This document shows positions 48,085 through 57,363 of a DNA stretch of 64,000 nucleotides, in pieces. The notes beneath the pieces were generated by a model. It made no database searches, was not told the DNA's origin, and saw nothing but the letters and a program-made list of their open reading frames with translations. The translations under genes and the position numbers were made by a program. Within the stretch, counting starts at the first letter, position 1, and every line of letters starts with the position of its first letter. The DNA is from Candidatus Bathyarchaeota archaeon (GTDB lineage Archaea > Thermoproteota > Bathyarchaeia > 40CM-2-53-6 > RBG-13-38-9), in assembly GCA_963807605.1 (NCBI GenBank), contig CAWECG010000001.1:64001-128000 (forward strand). The letters are read 5' to 3'.

Positions 48085-49068
48085 ATGCGTCTGCGGGCTT
48101 TTTTGGGAAAGTGGTCACAGTCTGCAGATGTATTTTTGGTTCCTTTTACCATCCCTATAGTCGCACTTTTTCTCATCGACTCAAATCAGTTCATACTCGG
48201 CTGGAATGAGGGAGCGGGCGGTGGCTTAGTTTTTGCCTTTGTCTTTTTGACAATGGAGTGGTACGACGCGAGGAGATTGCTTGATTTTAGATTGGATGCT
48301 AGGAGATTACTCGGCATAGCTGCTTCTGTATCCATACTCGTGGCATACTTCGTGGTAGTCTACGCCCTTGGCCAGACCAGCCTTGTCGCCAAATTCGGTG
48401 CCAAATTTGGTTATATCAGCACTCCCCAAATCCTGAGTTGGACTAGAATGTGGGATTACATTCTTTATGCTCTCTTTATTCTATCAATTGTCGCATTCTC
48501 CTTTGGTGTTTTCAAAATCAAGTATTTCCCCACTCCGTTAGTCTTCCTCTCAGGCATGGCTTTCATCCTCCTTTTAGATGCCACATTCCCCTATGGTTCT
48601 ATAGAATCGTTACAGGTCCTGATTCAACCTATTCTTGTCGCTACCGTATTTCTACTGAGGGCTGTTGGAGTCAGAGTAGAGCTGGTGGGTTTTGACAGCC
48701 TTGCTGTCTGGGGTCATAAAGGGTTCTTGATCATAGACATGTACTGGCAATGCGCTGGAATACTAAGCATGACCATTTACCTGTTGGTGATCATAATACT
48801 GATGGTCAAGCTGGATACCACCGTTACTAGAAAGTTAGTGTTCGCTACATTAGGAGCGATAGGGACTTTTCTCGTGAACATAATCAGAATATTTCTCATA
48901 ATCTATTATGGCGCATTCATAGACGTGAATCTGAGGATGTTCCACGAATCGATAGGTGAGGTTCTTTTTACCGTCTGGATCGTAATTTATCTGTTGACAA
49001 TAACTGCAATAGAGATTCGTTCAACAAGGAATGCACGACACTTGGATAATATTCCACCGTCTGCCTAA
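48085..49068 (+). CDS. Archaeosortase/exosortase family transpeptidase (thaumarchaeal-type)
   Basis: Multi-TM protein with WQCAG, NIIRI and FHE catalytic Cys/Arg/His motifs. Confidence 0.85.
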   Translation: MRLRAFLGKWSQSADVFLVPFTIPIVALFLIDSNQFILGWNEGAGGGLVFAFVFLTMEWYDARRLLDFRLDARRLLGIAASVSILVAYFVVVYALGQTSLVAKFGAKFGYISTPQILSWTRMWDYILYALFILSIVAFSFGVFKIKYFPTPLVFLSGMAFILLLDATFPYGSIESLQVLIQPILVATVFLLRAVGVRVELVGFDSLAVWGHKGFLIIDMYWQCAGILSMTIYLLVIIILMVKLDTTVTRKLVFATLGAIGTFLVNIIRIFLIIYYGAFIDVNLRMFHESIGEVLFTVWIVIYLLTITAIEIRSTRNARHLDNIPPSA

Positions 49069-49175
49069 ACGACGAATCATCATTTTGGGGGCTTCCTATT
49101 CGCCTTGAAGATGACCATTTTCGCGACTTTTGCGGCAGCAGACCACGAGCGCGTGTCTTGCTCTCTCGTGGCAAG

Positions 49176-49616
49176 TCATTCTGTGGCGATTGCATCTAGG
49201 CCTGCCTGAGAAACCGCTCTGTCTTGTTCAGCGGTGCCTGAGCTGCAACCTATCCCGCCAACGACTTGCCCGCTTATGACTATCGGCAGACCTCCTCCGA
49301 AGATCACGAACCTTCCCTGATTACTTACGTGAATACCGAATGCGGATTTGCCTGGTGACGCAACCTCAGCATACTCATGTGTTCCCCGCCTACTACAGGC
49401 GGATGTAAAGGCCTTGTTTATCGCAATATCGATACCGGTGATCTTCGCACCATCCATTCTCTCGAATGCTAGGAGGTTTCCACCTTCGTCTACTACTGCT
49501 ATATCCATCGGAACACCTATCTCCCTAGCCTTGCGCTCCGAAGCAGCCAAGATAAGTCTAGAGCCCTCTAGCGTCAACTTTATGGAGTTGCTATAGATCG
49601 GAGTCTTATTTGTCAA
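49176..49616 (-). CDS. GlcG/HbpS heme-binding protein
   Basis: IAVVDEGGNL, RMDGA, AINKAFTS, FGGGLPI, GGIGCS.GT.EQD. Confidence 0.92.
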   Translation of the reverse strand: MTNKTPIYSNSIKLTLEGSRLILAASERKAREIGVPMDIAVVDEGGNLLAFERMDGAKITGIDIAINKAFTSACSRRGTHEYAEVASPGKSAFGIHVSNQGRFVIFGGGLPIVISGQVVGGIGCSSGTAEQDRAVSQAGLDAIATE

Positions 49617-50003
49617 CTTGCATCACTAAATGTTAGTCACTAAGAGGATAAATGGATATCGAAGGTTTTGAAGAGTAGTGATTCTAAGTCGTACATTCTC
49701 GTCACACCCGCTACTCCCAAGATGGCATAGTCAAGTCAGCCGTGATGAGACAAGCGTGTGTCGCGTGGACATAATTTGGTAGGGTACGGGAAGATTCCGA
49801 GCTTCCTTCGTCTGCGATTCTCTCGTTTCAGTTTAAGTGCAACCGAAATAAACATATAAAGAAGGCTTACGTCTATACGCTACTCCGAACCGACTGGTAT
49901 CTCAGTCTGACACGGATCGTCATGACTATCTAGGATCACAGGAGTCAATCAAAGAATGAATTCGCGCCAGACCTATTATGTAGCCAACTGAGGTAGGCAT
50001 GAT

Positions 50004-50816
50004 TTGGAGCTATCTGTAATCAAAAAGGACAAAGACGTATTGCGATTCATGGTTAGCGGAGTCACTTCGGCTTTTGCGAATGCATTGCGTAGGACTATGA
50101 TAGCTGAAGTTCCGACGATGGCGATTGACGATGTCATAGTAATAGAAAATACGTCGGTCCTATTTGATGAGTTTCTGGCGCACCGATTCGGGTTAATTCC
50201 TTTGACAACTGATCTCGATGCTTATACACTTCCCGAAAAATGTGATTGCAAGAGTGAGTTGGGCTGCAACAGGTGCAGGGCCTCATTCACAATGGAGGTT
50301 GAGGCAAAAGATAAAACCACAACTATCTATTCCGGAGACCTCGCGCCTGATAACCCCTCCATAAGACCAGTGAGCGAGAAGATACCCATTGTGAAGCTGG
50401 CGCCGGGACAGAGGCTGAAATTAGAAGCGTACGCAAAGCTTGGGCGAGGTCAAGAACACGCTAAGTGGCAACCCGTCTCCGCCTGCACCTACAAATACCT
50501 GCCGACAATCTCTATAGATACAAGCAAATGTGACGGTTGCGGTGACTGCATAAAATACTGCCCCAAATGCGTACTGGAAATGAAAGACAAAAAACTCGTC
50601 GTAAAAGATGTGGAGGAGTGCATTCTCTGCACTGAGTGCATAAAGCGATGTTCAAAGGAACCCTGCCCGATAAAAGTCGGCTGGAGTGAAACTGATTTCA
50701 TATTCCTAGTCGAATCCACAGGTTCGTTGCCTGCAACGAAGATAGTAGAACAAGCAGCTAAACAAATTGGAGAGAAAGCCTCAGAACTCTTGCAGATTAT
50801 CAAGCACGCAGCGTGA
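50004..50816 (+). CDS. rpoD: RNA polymerase subunit D (Rpo3) with ferredoxin-like domain
   Basis: ANALRR, DEFLAHR.GLIP, HAKW; CDGCGDC...CP and CILCTEC...C. Confidence 0.96.
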   Translation: MELSVIKKDKDVLRFMVSGVTSAFANALRRTMIAEVPTMAIDDVIVIENTSVLFDEFLAHRFGLIPLTTDLDAYTLPEKCDCKSELGCNRCRASFTMEVEAKDKTTTIYSGDLAPDNPSIRPVSEKIPIVKLAPGQRLKLEAYAKLGRGQEHAKWQPVSACTYKYLPTISIDTSKCDGCGDCIKYCPKCVLEMKDKKLVVKDVEECILCTECIKRCSKEPCPIKVGWSETDFIFLVESTGSLPATKIVEQAAKQIGEKASELLQIIKHAA

Positions 50817-50820
50817 AAAA

Positions 50821-51177
50821 ATGAAAAACAAGACTAACCTGCAACTTCTCACACTGGCGAGACTTCTGCGTAAAGCCTCCAAGGATAACGGAGCACCAAT
50901 CTGGGTTACAATATCTCGCGCAATTAGCAAGCCGAGAAAGAATATCGCACAGGTGAACATAAAGCGAATTTCGAGATTCACAAAGAATGGAGAGACAGTC
51001 GCCGTTCTGGGAAAGGTATTGGGTACAGGGGTAGTGGATCACAAAGTAACCGTTGCTGCCCTCGGCTTTTCAAATGCTGCAAGAGAGAAGATAAGAATCG
51101 CAGGCGGCAAATGTTTCACCTTCTTGGAACTTCTCGAAAGTAATCCAAAAGGTACTCACGTCAAGATTATGAGGTAA
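50821..51177 (+). CDS. rpl18e: 50S ribosomal protein L18e
   Basis: APIW, VNI.RI, GKVLGTG, NPKG. Confidence 0.95.
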   Translation: MKNKTNLQLLTLARLLRKASKDNGAPIWVTISRAISKPRKNIAQVNIKRISRFTKNGETVAVLGKVLGTGVVDHKVTVAALGFSNAAREKIRIAGGKCFTFLELLESNPKGTHVKIMR

Positions 51178-51185
51178 CGACACAA

Positions 51186-51632
51186 ATGTCGAACAAGCCT
51201 ATAGTTATCGACGCGACAAACTTGATTCTGGGAAGAATGCTAAGCTACGCAGCAAAAAGGGCTATTGAGGGTCAGCAAGTAATTATACTAAACGTTTCAA
51301 AAGCCGTAATATCGGGTGGAAAGAGAAATATAGTCCAAAGAGCGAAGACCAAGCTAAGCACAAGAAGCCTATTGTCGCAAGATAAGGGGCCCATTCACCC
51401 GCGCAGACCTGATAATTATGCGCGACGTGCCCTCAGGGGGATGTTGCCCTTCAAGAAACCTTCTGGAAAGGAAGCTTACAAAAGAGTCAGCGTGTACTTC
51501 GATACACCGAGTCGTTATGCTCAGGAACCGCGACAGACTATTCCCGGCGCTCAAGCTTCGAAACTAAAGTGCCGTTTCATTCTTCTAGAGGAATACTCAA
51601 AAGAGATAGGAGGACGTATTTCAAGTGAGTGA
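51186..51632 (+). CDS. rpl13: 50S ribosomal protein L13
   Basis: IDA..LILGR, GP.HPRRPD, RGMLP. Confidence 0.96.
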   Translation: MSNKPIVIDATNLILGRMLSYAAKRAIEGQQVIILNVSKAVISGGKRNIVQRAKTKLSTRSLLSQDKGPIHPRRPDNYARRALRGMLPFKKPSGKEAYKRVSVYFDTPSRYAQEPRQTIPGAQASKLKCRFILLEEYSKEIGGRISSE

Positions 51633-52035
51633 GAAAAGAAAAGTTCTAACCGTCAGCGGAAAGAGAAAGACAGCAATTGCCAAAGCGGTCGTAAGAACTG
51701 GGAGAGGGCGTGTCACTTTCAACAACTACCCCTTGAACCTTGTGACACCAGAAACCGCACGGGCTAAGATTATGGAACCCCTGGCATTAGCTGGAGAAAG
51801 GGCGAAAGGTATGGACATCAGTGTTGAAGCACACGGAGGAGGGGTGATAGGCCAAGCTGAGGCTGCAAGGATGGCGATAACCCGAGCCCTTCTTCGGTGG
51901 ACGAAGAGCGCTCAACTCAGACGTGTCTTGAGAAACCAAGATAGAACTATGCTAGCCGGGGATCCCAGACGATCAGAATCGAAGAAGTTCGGTGGTCCAG
52001 GAGCCCGAAGAAGGAAACAGAAGTCGTATCGATAG
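51625..52035 (+). CDS. rps9: 30S ribosomal protein S9
   Basis: GKRKTAIA, GGG..GQ, C-terminal QKSYR. Confidence 0.97.
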   Translation: MSEKRKVLTVSGKRKTAIAKAVVRTGRGRVTFNNYPLNLVTPETARAKIMEPLALAGERAKGMDISVEAHGGGVIGQAEAARMAITRALLRWTKSAQLRRVLRNQDRTMLAGDPRRSESKKFGGPGARRRKQKSYR

Positions 52036-52083
52036 ACACGTTTGCATAGCGCAAAATTATGGTGACCATCTGGAGGACATGTT

Positions 52084-52305
52084 ATGATAATGCCTGTTCG
52101 CTGTTTCACCTGTGGTAAGCTGGTAGCCGACAAATGGGAGGAATTCTCGAGCAGGGTAAAGTCTGGAGAGGAACCTAAGAAAGTTCTTGATGAACTTGGC
52201 ATCACCAGATATTGTTGCAGAAGAATGTTCATCTCACACGTGGACGTTATCGATGATATTCTTGAGTATTCTGAAGCTACCGCCAAGAAGTCGCAAGCAA
52301 CTTGA
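52084..52305 (+). CDS. rpoN: RNA polymerase subunit N (Rpo10)
   Basis: [15 protein letters not shown]. Confidence 0.97.
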   Translation: MIMPVRCFTCGKLVADKWEEFSSRVKSGEEPKKVLDELGITRYCCRRMFISHVDVIDDILEYSEATAKKSQAT

Positions 52306-52314
52306 GGATCTAAA

Positions 52315-53568
52315 ATGGATGGCTCGGCGGTAATCGAGAACGTTAAGGCGAGAAGAATCTTCGATAGCAGAGGCAATGAAGCCATCGAAGTTGACGTCAT
52401 AACTAGGAAGAGCATAGGCAGATCATCCGCACCTTCCGGGGCCAGCAAAGGAAGATGGGAAGTCAAATCCTACCCAACTGGCGGTGTTATTCAAGCGATC
52501 AAGATGGTAGAAGACATTGCTGCTCCAAGGCTAACAGGCGTAGCGGTTGATAATCCCAAACAGGTAGACGCCAAGCTCCATCAGATAGATGAATCGCGAG
52601 ATTTCGCTAAGCTCGGAGGAAATACCGCCTACGCCATCTCTATCGCGTCGGCTATGGCGGGTGCAGCTTCAAAGGGAATTCACTTATTCAAACACTTGGC
52701 TGAAACATCAACTTTTGCCCTCCCTTATCCGCTTGGGAATGTAATCGGCGGAGGTCTCCATGCGAAAGGAGAAAGGACCGACATTCAGGAATTTCTAGTC
52801 CTGCCTGCAAGCTCAAGAAACTTTGCTGAGGCAGCTTCAGCCAACATAAGAGTACACAGAGAGGTTGCCGGCCTAATTGAAGATGAAGGGGTTAAGCTAG
52901 CGGGAAGAGGTGACGAGGGCGCTTGGGTAGTGCCCCTAAAGACCGAACAGGTGTTGGAGATACTGTCGAAGGCTTGCAGTCGTATCGCAGACGAGACCGG
53001 CGTAAAACTGGGAATTGGTCTCGACGTGGCATCCTCAACGATATGGAATGAAAAAGATGGGGTATACGCCTACCAGAGAGACAAGAGGCGATTGGACACC
53101 GGCGACCAGATCGACTTCATAGTTAATCTTGTCAGGGACTACAAGCTTGTTTATGTGGAGGATCCTCTCGATGAGGAATCGTTTCAATCATTTTCGGAAT
53201 TGACGGCCAAAGTTCGTGGCACCCTGATTTGCGGAGACGATCTGTTCACCACAAACATCGAACGTTTGAAAAGAGGCATAAAAGAAAAGGCTGGAAACGC
53301 TATTATAATAAAGCCAAATCAGGTAGGAACCATCACCGATGCTTTTGCTACTGCCAAACTGGCAAAGGAAGCAAATTACACCTGCGTAGTCTCTCATCGT
53401 TCAGGAGAGAGTTGCGGGCACGAGATTGCACATATTGCCCTCGCACTTAACGCTCCAGTCATCAAGGCTGGCGTGCTGGGCGGGGAACGAATTGCCAAGA
53501 TAAATGAGTTAATAAGGATAGAGGAAGTTCTTGGTGAACAGGCTAGGATGGCCGATACAAGAATATAG
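52315..53568 (+). CDS. eno: Enolase
   Basis: DSRGN, PSGAS, GDEG, GDDLF, KPNQ.GT, SHRSGE. Confidence 0.95.
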   Translation: MDGSAVIENVKARRIFDSRGNEAIEVDVITRKSIGRSSAPSGASKGRWEVKSYPTGGVIQAIKMVEDIAAPRLTGVAVDNPKQVDAKLHQIDESRDFAKLGGNTAYAISIASAMAGAASKGIHLFKHLAETSTFALPYPLGNVIGGGLHAKGERTDIQEFLVLPASSRNFAEAASANIRVHREVAGLIEDEGVKLAGRGDEGAWVVPLKTEQVLEILSKACSRIADETGVKLGIGLDVASSTIWNEKDGVYAYQRDKRRLDTGDQIDFIVNLVRDYKLVYVEDPLDEESFQSFSELTAKVRGTLICGDDLFTTNIERLKRGIKEKAGNAIIIKPNQVGTITDAFATAKLAKEANYTCVVSHRSGESCGHEIAHIALALNAPVIKAGVLGGERIAKINELIRIEEVLGEQARMADTRI

Positions 53569-53576
53569 GTGTCAAG

Positions 53577-54239
53577 ATGAGCGCAATAGAAAAGGAAGAG
53601 ATACCGAAGGCTGATGACCTCCTTCAACCTTTGGAGGAGCTTCTCGCAGCAGGCCTCCACATAGGAACACGGGTAAAGACAGGTGATATGGAGAAGCACA
53701 TCTTCCGCGTCAGACCTGATGGGCTTTTCATACTGAATATAGGCAAGACTGATGAACGGATTAGATTAGCCTCTAAGTTCATAAGCAGATTCGACTCCTC
53801 ACGGGTGGTCGTTGTCTCGTCAAGACTCTACGGCAGGACGCCCGTGGAGAAATTCTGCGAGTTGACGAGATGTATGCCTATTGTTGGCAGGTTTATGCCT
53901 GGGTTGATCTCAAATCCTCTCCAACCCAAACACACCGAGCCTCAACTTGTAATTGTAACAGACCCAAGGGCTGACTTTCAAGCAATAAAGGAAGCCTCGG
54001 TAGCAGGAGTTCCAGTAATTGCTCTTTGCGACACGGACAATGCGTTGAGCGGCGTCGACCTAGCCATTCCAGTTAATAACAAGGGAAGAAAATCCTTAGC
54101 CATGGTATTTTGGCTACTCGCTAGGCAGGTTCTTCGCGACAGAGGGGAGATACCGGCTGACGGTGGAGTCACTCAGACGGTAGATGACTTCGAAACCAAG
54201 CTTACCGCGATAACGCCCAAGTACGGCGTTGAGGATTGA
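53577..54239 (+). CDS. rps2: 30S ribosomal protein S2
   Basis: AAGLHIG, GRFMPG, DTDN, NNKGR. Confidence 0.96.
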   Translation: MSAIEKEEIPKADDLLQPLEELLAAGLHIGTRVKTGDMEKHIFRVRPDGLFILNIGKTDERIRLASKFISRFDSSRVVVVSSRLYGRTPVEKFCELTRCMPIVGRFMPGLISNPLQPKHTEPQLVIVTDPRADFQAIKEASVAGVPVIALCDTDNALSGVDLAIPVNNKGRKSLAMVFWLLARQVLRDRGEIPADGGVTQTVDDFETKLTAITPKYGVED

Positions 54240-55084
54240 ATATACGCAGGCCTGCGCAAGCAGGAGTATTCTACGCTGGCTCAGCCAGTTCTCTCAGAAA
54301 GGAGATCGAAGGCTGCTTTGAGCATAAATTTGGACCTGGGAGACTGCCCGAAAAACGACAGAATGATTTGACCCAGATAGTGGCGTTAGTCTGCCCACAC
54401 GCAGGCTACGAATACTCCGGCCCGGTCGCGGCTGCAGCGTACTCGGAGCTCGCGAAGCATGGCAAGCCGAAGAAGATAGTTATCATTGGTCCGAACCACA
54501 CAGGGATGGGAAGCGGCATCTCCCTGATGAATGAAGGCAGATGGGAAACACCCCTAGGTGAGGTCCAGATCGACTTGGAGCTAGCAGATGCGATCTTAGA
54601 AAACGCTCCAATAATCGATATGGATTATGAAGCCCATGCTCACGAGCACTCTGTTGAGGTTCAGCTACCGTTCCTTCAATACCTCTACGGGAACTCCTTC
54701 AAATTCGTACCCATCTGTATGATGATCCAAGACCTTCAAACCGGACGAGAAGTGGGTGAAGCAATAGCCAAAGTAGCCCACGAACCCGCAAGTCTTGTGG
54801 TCGCCTCATCTGACATGACACACTACGAGCCTCATGATGTCGCAAGTGAGAAGGACAGAAAAGCTATTCGGGCCATTGAAAAACTGGATGAAGTAGCATT
54901 GGAAGGAATTGTAGAGTCTGACTCGATCTCTATCTGTGGGATAGGCCCAATAATCGCTGCTATAGCATACTCTAAAAAGCGTGGAGCTACAGCAGGAAAA
55001 CTGCTCTCCTATAAGACAAGTGGAGATATTTCAGGAGACTATTCTTCTGTCGTAGGTTACGCGTCGATCTCCTTTTCAACGTAG
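54236..55084 (+). CDS. MEMO1 family protein (AmmeMemoRadiSam protein B)
   Basis: RPA.AG.FY, PHAGY.YSG, GPNH, EHS.EVQLPF, SSDMTHY, CG, VGY. Confidence 0.94.
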   Translation: MNIRRPAQAGVFYAGSASSLRKEIEGCFEHKFGPGRLPEKRQNDLTQIVALVCPHAGYEYSGPVAAAAYSELAKHGKPKKIVIIGPNHTGMGSGISLMNEGRWETPLGEVQIDLELADAILENAPIIDMDYEAHAHEHSVEVQLPFLQYLYGNSFKFVPICMMIQDLQTGREVGEAIAKVAHEPASLVVASSDMTHYEPHDVASEKDRKAIRAIEKLDEVALEGIVESDSISICGIGPIIAAIAYSKKRGATAGKLLSYKTSGDISGDYSSVVGYASISFST

Positions 55085-55109
55085 CCTCGACCAAGTGTGA
55101 CGCTTAGAA

Positions 55110-56090
55110 TTGGTAATCACCTACGCTCCCGCCAAGGTCATAATAACAGGAGAGCACTTTGTAGTCCATGGACAACCAGCTCTGTCTGCGGCAGTCAGCC
55201 TTTATTCAAGAGTGGCTGTTGATGCAGGTACGACAGGCACTATCAAGATATCATCTCCAAACCTCGGAGTCAGCGATATATTTTCAACGGCGCAGATTGG
55301 CGACAAAGACCTTTCGACTTCAGCAAGGTCAACCCTTGAGCCCTTAAGGCGTGTTGTAATGGCTGTGTTGGAAAGAGCTATGCGAACAGATCAGGGCTTA
55401 GTGGTTGAAGTCACCTCCCACATACCAGTGGGGGTCGGCCTAGGGTCGTCAGCATCCACGGCGGTTTCAACTGCCTTCGCCGTGGCTAGGTTTCTAGATC
55501 TCAGAATCGACAGGAGTGAGGTCTGTGAACTCGCTTCCGTTCAAGAGCAAATCATACACAAGAAGCCTTCAGGAATCGATTCTACTACAGCCGCCCGTGG
55601 AGGCGTCATTCTATTCAAGATCGGAGAGTCGCCAGCGAGTCTCCCACAGCGCGATCAGTTCAGAATAGTCGTAGGGAATACCGGAAAGGAAAGATCAACA
55701 GGAGACCTCGTGAGTGCAATAACTAGACGAGTAGAAGTAGGCGACAAGGATCTTGCCAGAATTAGTGAGGCAGCGGGAATGCTAACACATGAAGCAGTGC
55801 ACGCCTACGAGAAAGGAGATTTTCATAGGCTGGGTGAATTAATGGATGCCAATCATGAACTGCTAGTGAAAATAGGTGTCTCTACCCCTCAACTTGACAG
55901 ACTGGTAAAGGTCGCCAAAAGTGCCGGCGCACTAGGGGCAAAATTGACAGGAGCCGGTGGCGGAGGCTGCATGATAGCTCTCTCTCGACCTGAAGACTCC
56001 ACAAAGATTGCAGAGGCTATAGCTGATGCTGGAGCCAAGCCTTATCTAGTTGGTATAGACTGGTCGGGTGTTCGAGAACTATCCCAATGA
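55110..56090 (+). CDS. mvk: Mevalonate kinase
   Basis: PAKVIITGEHFVVHG, P.GVGLGSSA, PSGID, KLTGAGGGG. Confidence 0.94.
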   Translation: MVITYAPAKVIITGEHFVVHGQPALSAAVSLYSRVAVDAGTTGTIKISSPNLGVSDIFSTAQIGDKDLSTSARSTLEPLRRVVMAVLERAMRTDQGLVVEVTSHIPVGVGLGSSASTAVSTAFAVARFLDLRIDRSEVCELASVQEQIIHKKPSGIDSTTAARGGVILFKIGESPASLPQRDQFRIVVGNTGKERSTGDLVSAITRRVEVGDKDLARISEAAGMLTHEAVHAYEKGDFHRLGELMDANHELLVKIGVSTPQLDRLVKVAKSAGALGAKLTGAGGGGCMIALSRPEDSTKIAEAIADAGAKPYLVGIDWSGVRELSQ

Positions 56091-56174
56091 ACAGAAAGAT
56101 AGGTGCCGATAAGACCCACCTCTCAACTTGGCGCTGACCTCCAAGCTACACCCGAATGTACGGTAAGAGCAGAA

Positions 56175-57272
56175 ATGTCGAAGAAGATCGAAAGCAGGAA
56201 GAAGGGTCACCTAGAGATATCCTTGAAAGAGAAGGTAGAGGCGTTTATCAGCGCCGGATTTGAAGACGTGATAATGATACATCGAGCCCTTCCAGAGATC
56301 GCCAGATCCGACATAGATACATCAGTGAAGCTCTTCGGTCACACTCTGGGTGCTCCACTCATACTGGAACCTATGACCGGCGGAGTAACCGAAGCGACCA
56401 AGATAAACAGACTCTTGGGGAAATGCGCCCAACGATACGGACTTGCAGTAGGCGTTGGAAGTCAACGAGCTGCGATAGAGAACCCTAAATTGACGAGGAC
56501 CTACAGCATAGTCAGAGAAAATGCGGCAAACGCATTTGTCTTCGCAAATCTCGGGTGTCCGCAGTTTGCAGCCGGCTACGGGGTCGAGGAAGCTGAGGCG
56601 GCTGTCGAGATGGTTAAAGCCGATGCAATCATGATTCATTCCAATCCGCTTCAGGAATCGATTCAGATAGAGGGAGAACCAGACTTCAGAAGAGTCCTGT
56701 CAAAGTTGGGAGAGCTAACTTCAGCGCTCAAGGTTCCCGTAGTAATCAAAGAGACTGGATCGGGAATCTCAGGTGAGGTTGCATCCCAAATTGAAAGAGC
56801 AGGCGCCAAAGGGATTGACGTTGCCGGCACAGGAGGAACTAGCTGGGCGGCAGTCGAATTCTTTAGAGCAATCAAGAGTGGAGACCAACTACAACAGGCA
56901 CTTGGACGAACTTTCCGAGACTGGGGGATACCTACGTGTGTGAGCATAGTAGAAGCCTCAAGATCGACCAATCTGACAGTAATTGCCTCAGGGGGTCTGA
57001 GAACCGGACTTGATATTGCAAAGTCAATAGCGCTGGGCGCCACCGCTGGAGGAGTAGCCCTCCCTATGCTCAAGGCAGCATCACGCGGCGACAGACACCT
57101 AAATGAGATGGCGGAGACGCTCATCGAAGAGTTGAGAACAGCGATGTTCCTAGTTGGAGCAAGAAATATCGGTGAACTAAGAAAGGTGCCACTTATCCTA
57201 AGCGGAAGGACAGCTCACTGGTTGAATGAACGGGGATACGAGACCAGCGATTATGCACGAAGAAGAACCTAG
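56175..57272 (+). CDS. fni: Type 2 isopentenyl-diphosphate isomerase
   Basis: RK..H, MTGG, GSQR, N.LQE, KETG, G.GGTSW. Confidence 0.95.
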   Translation: MSKKIESRKKGHLEISLKEKVEAFISAGFEDVIMIHRALPEIARSDIDTSVKLFGHTLGAPLILEPMTGGVTEATKINRLLGKCAQRYGLAVGVGSQRAAIENPKLTRTYSIVRENAANAFVFANLGCPQFAAGYGVEEAEAAVEMVKADAIMIHSNPLQESIQIEGEPDFRRVLSKLGELTSALKVPVVIKETGSGISGEVASQIERAGAKGIDVAGTGGTSWAAVEFFRAIKSGDQLQQALGRTFRDWGIPTCVSIVEASRSTNLTVIASGGLRTGLDIAKSIALGATAGGVALPMLKAASRGDRHLNEMAETLIEELRTAMFLVGARNIGELRKVPLILSGRTAHWLNERGYETSDYARRRT

Positions 57273-57363
57273 CCAGTGAACTGAGATCCTTGCTTCTGTC
57301 AGCGTTTTCTATCTCATTTATTAATCGCCACCGATCCATAGGGAAATTGGCGGGAAGACGGTT

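Noticed and set aside
49742-49800. Possible C/D-box sRNA (GTGATGA ... CCGA)
   Set aside because: No convincing D'/C' boxes or identifiable target.
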